51,058 nt of DNA, from positions 1 through 51,058 of the IMG/VR virus record IMGVR_UViG_3300015203_000011; one strand, given 5' to 3'. Source of the DNA: a virus. The position numbers were made by a program, and so were the translations under genes. The notes under the pieces are model-generated. The model was not told where the DNA came from, ran no database searches, and worked only from the letters and a program-made list of their open reading frames with translations. Shown in pieces: positions 50,460-51,058 of the stretch; positions within the stretch are counted from its first letter, which is position 1; each line of letters begins with the position of its first letter.

Positions 50460-50624
50460 TTATTCCTCTTGTTTATCGAGATAGTAAGCATAGATTATTG
50501 AAATTAAAAGAAAGAGAGTTCCTTGGCAAAGCAGGCATGCTCTGTAGGTAAAGTTAAGATTCATATTTCCTAGAATCAATATTGCAGTCTCTAGGATAGC
50601 TAAAATCTTTAATATTGTTATCAT
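50460..50624 (-). CDS. 54-aa small membrane protein (not in ORF track)
   Basis: AGGAG upstream. Product is MITILKILAILETAILILGN...LFLLISIIYAYYL. Confidence 0.4.
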   Translation of the reverse strand: MITILKILAILETAILILGNMNLNFTYRACLLCQGTLFLLISIIYAYYLDKQEE

Positions 50625-50773
50625 TTCAACATCTCCTTTTTCTGTTTTTCTTCTACCTCGTGAATCCGTTGAGATTCCCTCTTTGTTTCTATAGCTTCGA
50701 TCTTGCTACGAACCGATCTCATTCCTACCATCCAAAGTAACCCAACTGCTGTGATACAAAAGAATGTTGCCAT
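50621..50773 (-). CDS. 50-aa small membrane protein (not in ORF track)
   Basis: Product starts MATFFCITAVGLLWMVGM... ATGA overlap with the next ORF. Confidence 0.4.
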   Translation of the reverse strand: MATFFCITAVGLLWMVGMRSVRSKIEAIETKRESQRIHEVEEKQKKEMLK

Positions 50774-50789
50774 GTTTCCCTCTAGATAT

Positions 50790-50819
50790 AGTATAACACT
50801 TCAAACTCATGAATGTCAA
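50790..50819 (-). promoter_or_regulatory. Promoter TTGACA-18-TATACT
   Basis: Reverse complement of 50814-50819 and 50790-50795. Confidence 0.55.
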
Positions 50820-50890
50820 TGGTTTGAAAGCCATAGAATAACACCTGAAAGACCTGTAAATGCTGCGAAAGCTACTATTATTGTTATCAT
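50816..50890 (-). CDS. 24-aa hydrophobic peptide (tentative)
   Basis: Product is MITIIVAFAAFTGLSGVILWLSNH. ATGA overlap with the junction ORF. Confidence 0.2.
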   Translation of the reverse strand: MITIIVAFAAFTGLSGVILWLSNH

Positions 50891-51058
50891 TTTTCGTTCC
50901 TTATTACGCAAACATCGTGAATTGCGTAATCAATATTACATTGTGGCGTATTTGGAGGTTTGTTGGCAAAGAGTTCTTTCAATTTTTCTTCGGCTTTTTC
51001 TAATGTTCGGTAAATGCCTAAACAATTTTCTTTTTGGTATTTCAAGTATTCCCATACT
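50887..51058 (-). CDS. 3' part of the junction-spanning 61-aa ORF (5' end truncated by the window edge)
   Basis: Same ORF as 1..113. Confidence 0.5.
   Translation of the reverse strand, partial: VWEYLKYQKENCLGIYRTLEKAEEKLKELFANKPPNTPQCNIDYAIHDVCVIRNEK
50960..51058. repeat. Terminal direct repeat copy 2
   Basis: Identical to nt 1-99. Confidence 0.97.

Noticed and set aside
50903-50930. 9-bp stem hairpin ATTACGCAA-N10-TTGCGTAAT
   Set aside because: It lies inside the junction-spanning ORF with no adjacent T-run on either strand. It is probably incidental or a minor mRNA structure.

Overview
The window is a complete, circularly closed tailed-phage genome. Its first 99 nt are identical to its last 99 nt, so the unique length is 50959 nt. 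Two gene arms diverge from a 1.2-kb non-coding, repeat-packed control region (about 1800-3020) and converge on tandem terminators at 27.9-28.1 kb. The plus arm (3021-27918) starts with two SprT-like metallopeptidase paralogs and a small serine recombinase. It continues through TerL, portal, a ChaB/DUF2213-like scaffold, a DUF2184-type capsid, DUF3383/DUF3277-type contractile tail sheath and tube, a chaperone with an A_AAA_AAG -1 frameshift site, tape measure and baseplate. It ends with a tail fibre carrying BNR/Asp-box repeats and two holin-like paralogs. The minus arm runs from 1797 leftward through the junction to 28116. It carries many small membrane ORFs, a MarC-family gene split by an HNH endonuclease, a pentapeptide-repeat protein, PIN-PhoH and a lysine-rich H1-like protein. 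It also carries two secreted papain-like paralogs, primase-helicase, peptide deformylase, MT-A70 methylase, a Cas4-like nuclease, an SF2 helicase, a ClpP-like protease, family A DNA polymerase, RuvC and GH24 endolysin. No tRNA, CRISPR array, reverse transcriptase, tyrosine integrase or repressor was seen. The most notable items are listed below.
- Mirrored 45-bp inverted arms lie in the control region near the recombinase.
- A moron island between portal and scaffold holds a secreted adhesin-like protein and an orphan Phd/YefM-like gene convergent with a leaderless membrane protein gene.
- A promoter-to-terminator unit between the holin genes and the endolysin gene has no ORF and is a candidate small RNA.
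- The MarC gene is split by an HNH endonuclease.
- The secreted cysteine-peptidase-like pair sits in an accessory block.
All family assignments come from motif recognition by eye and need HMM confirmation.
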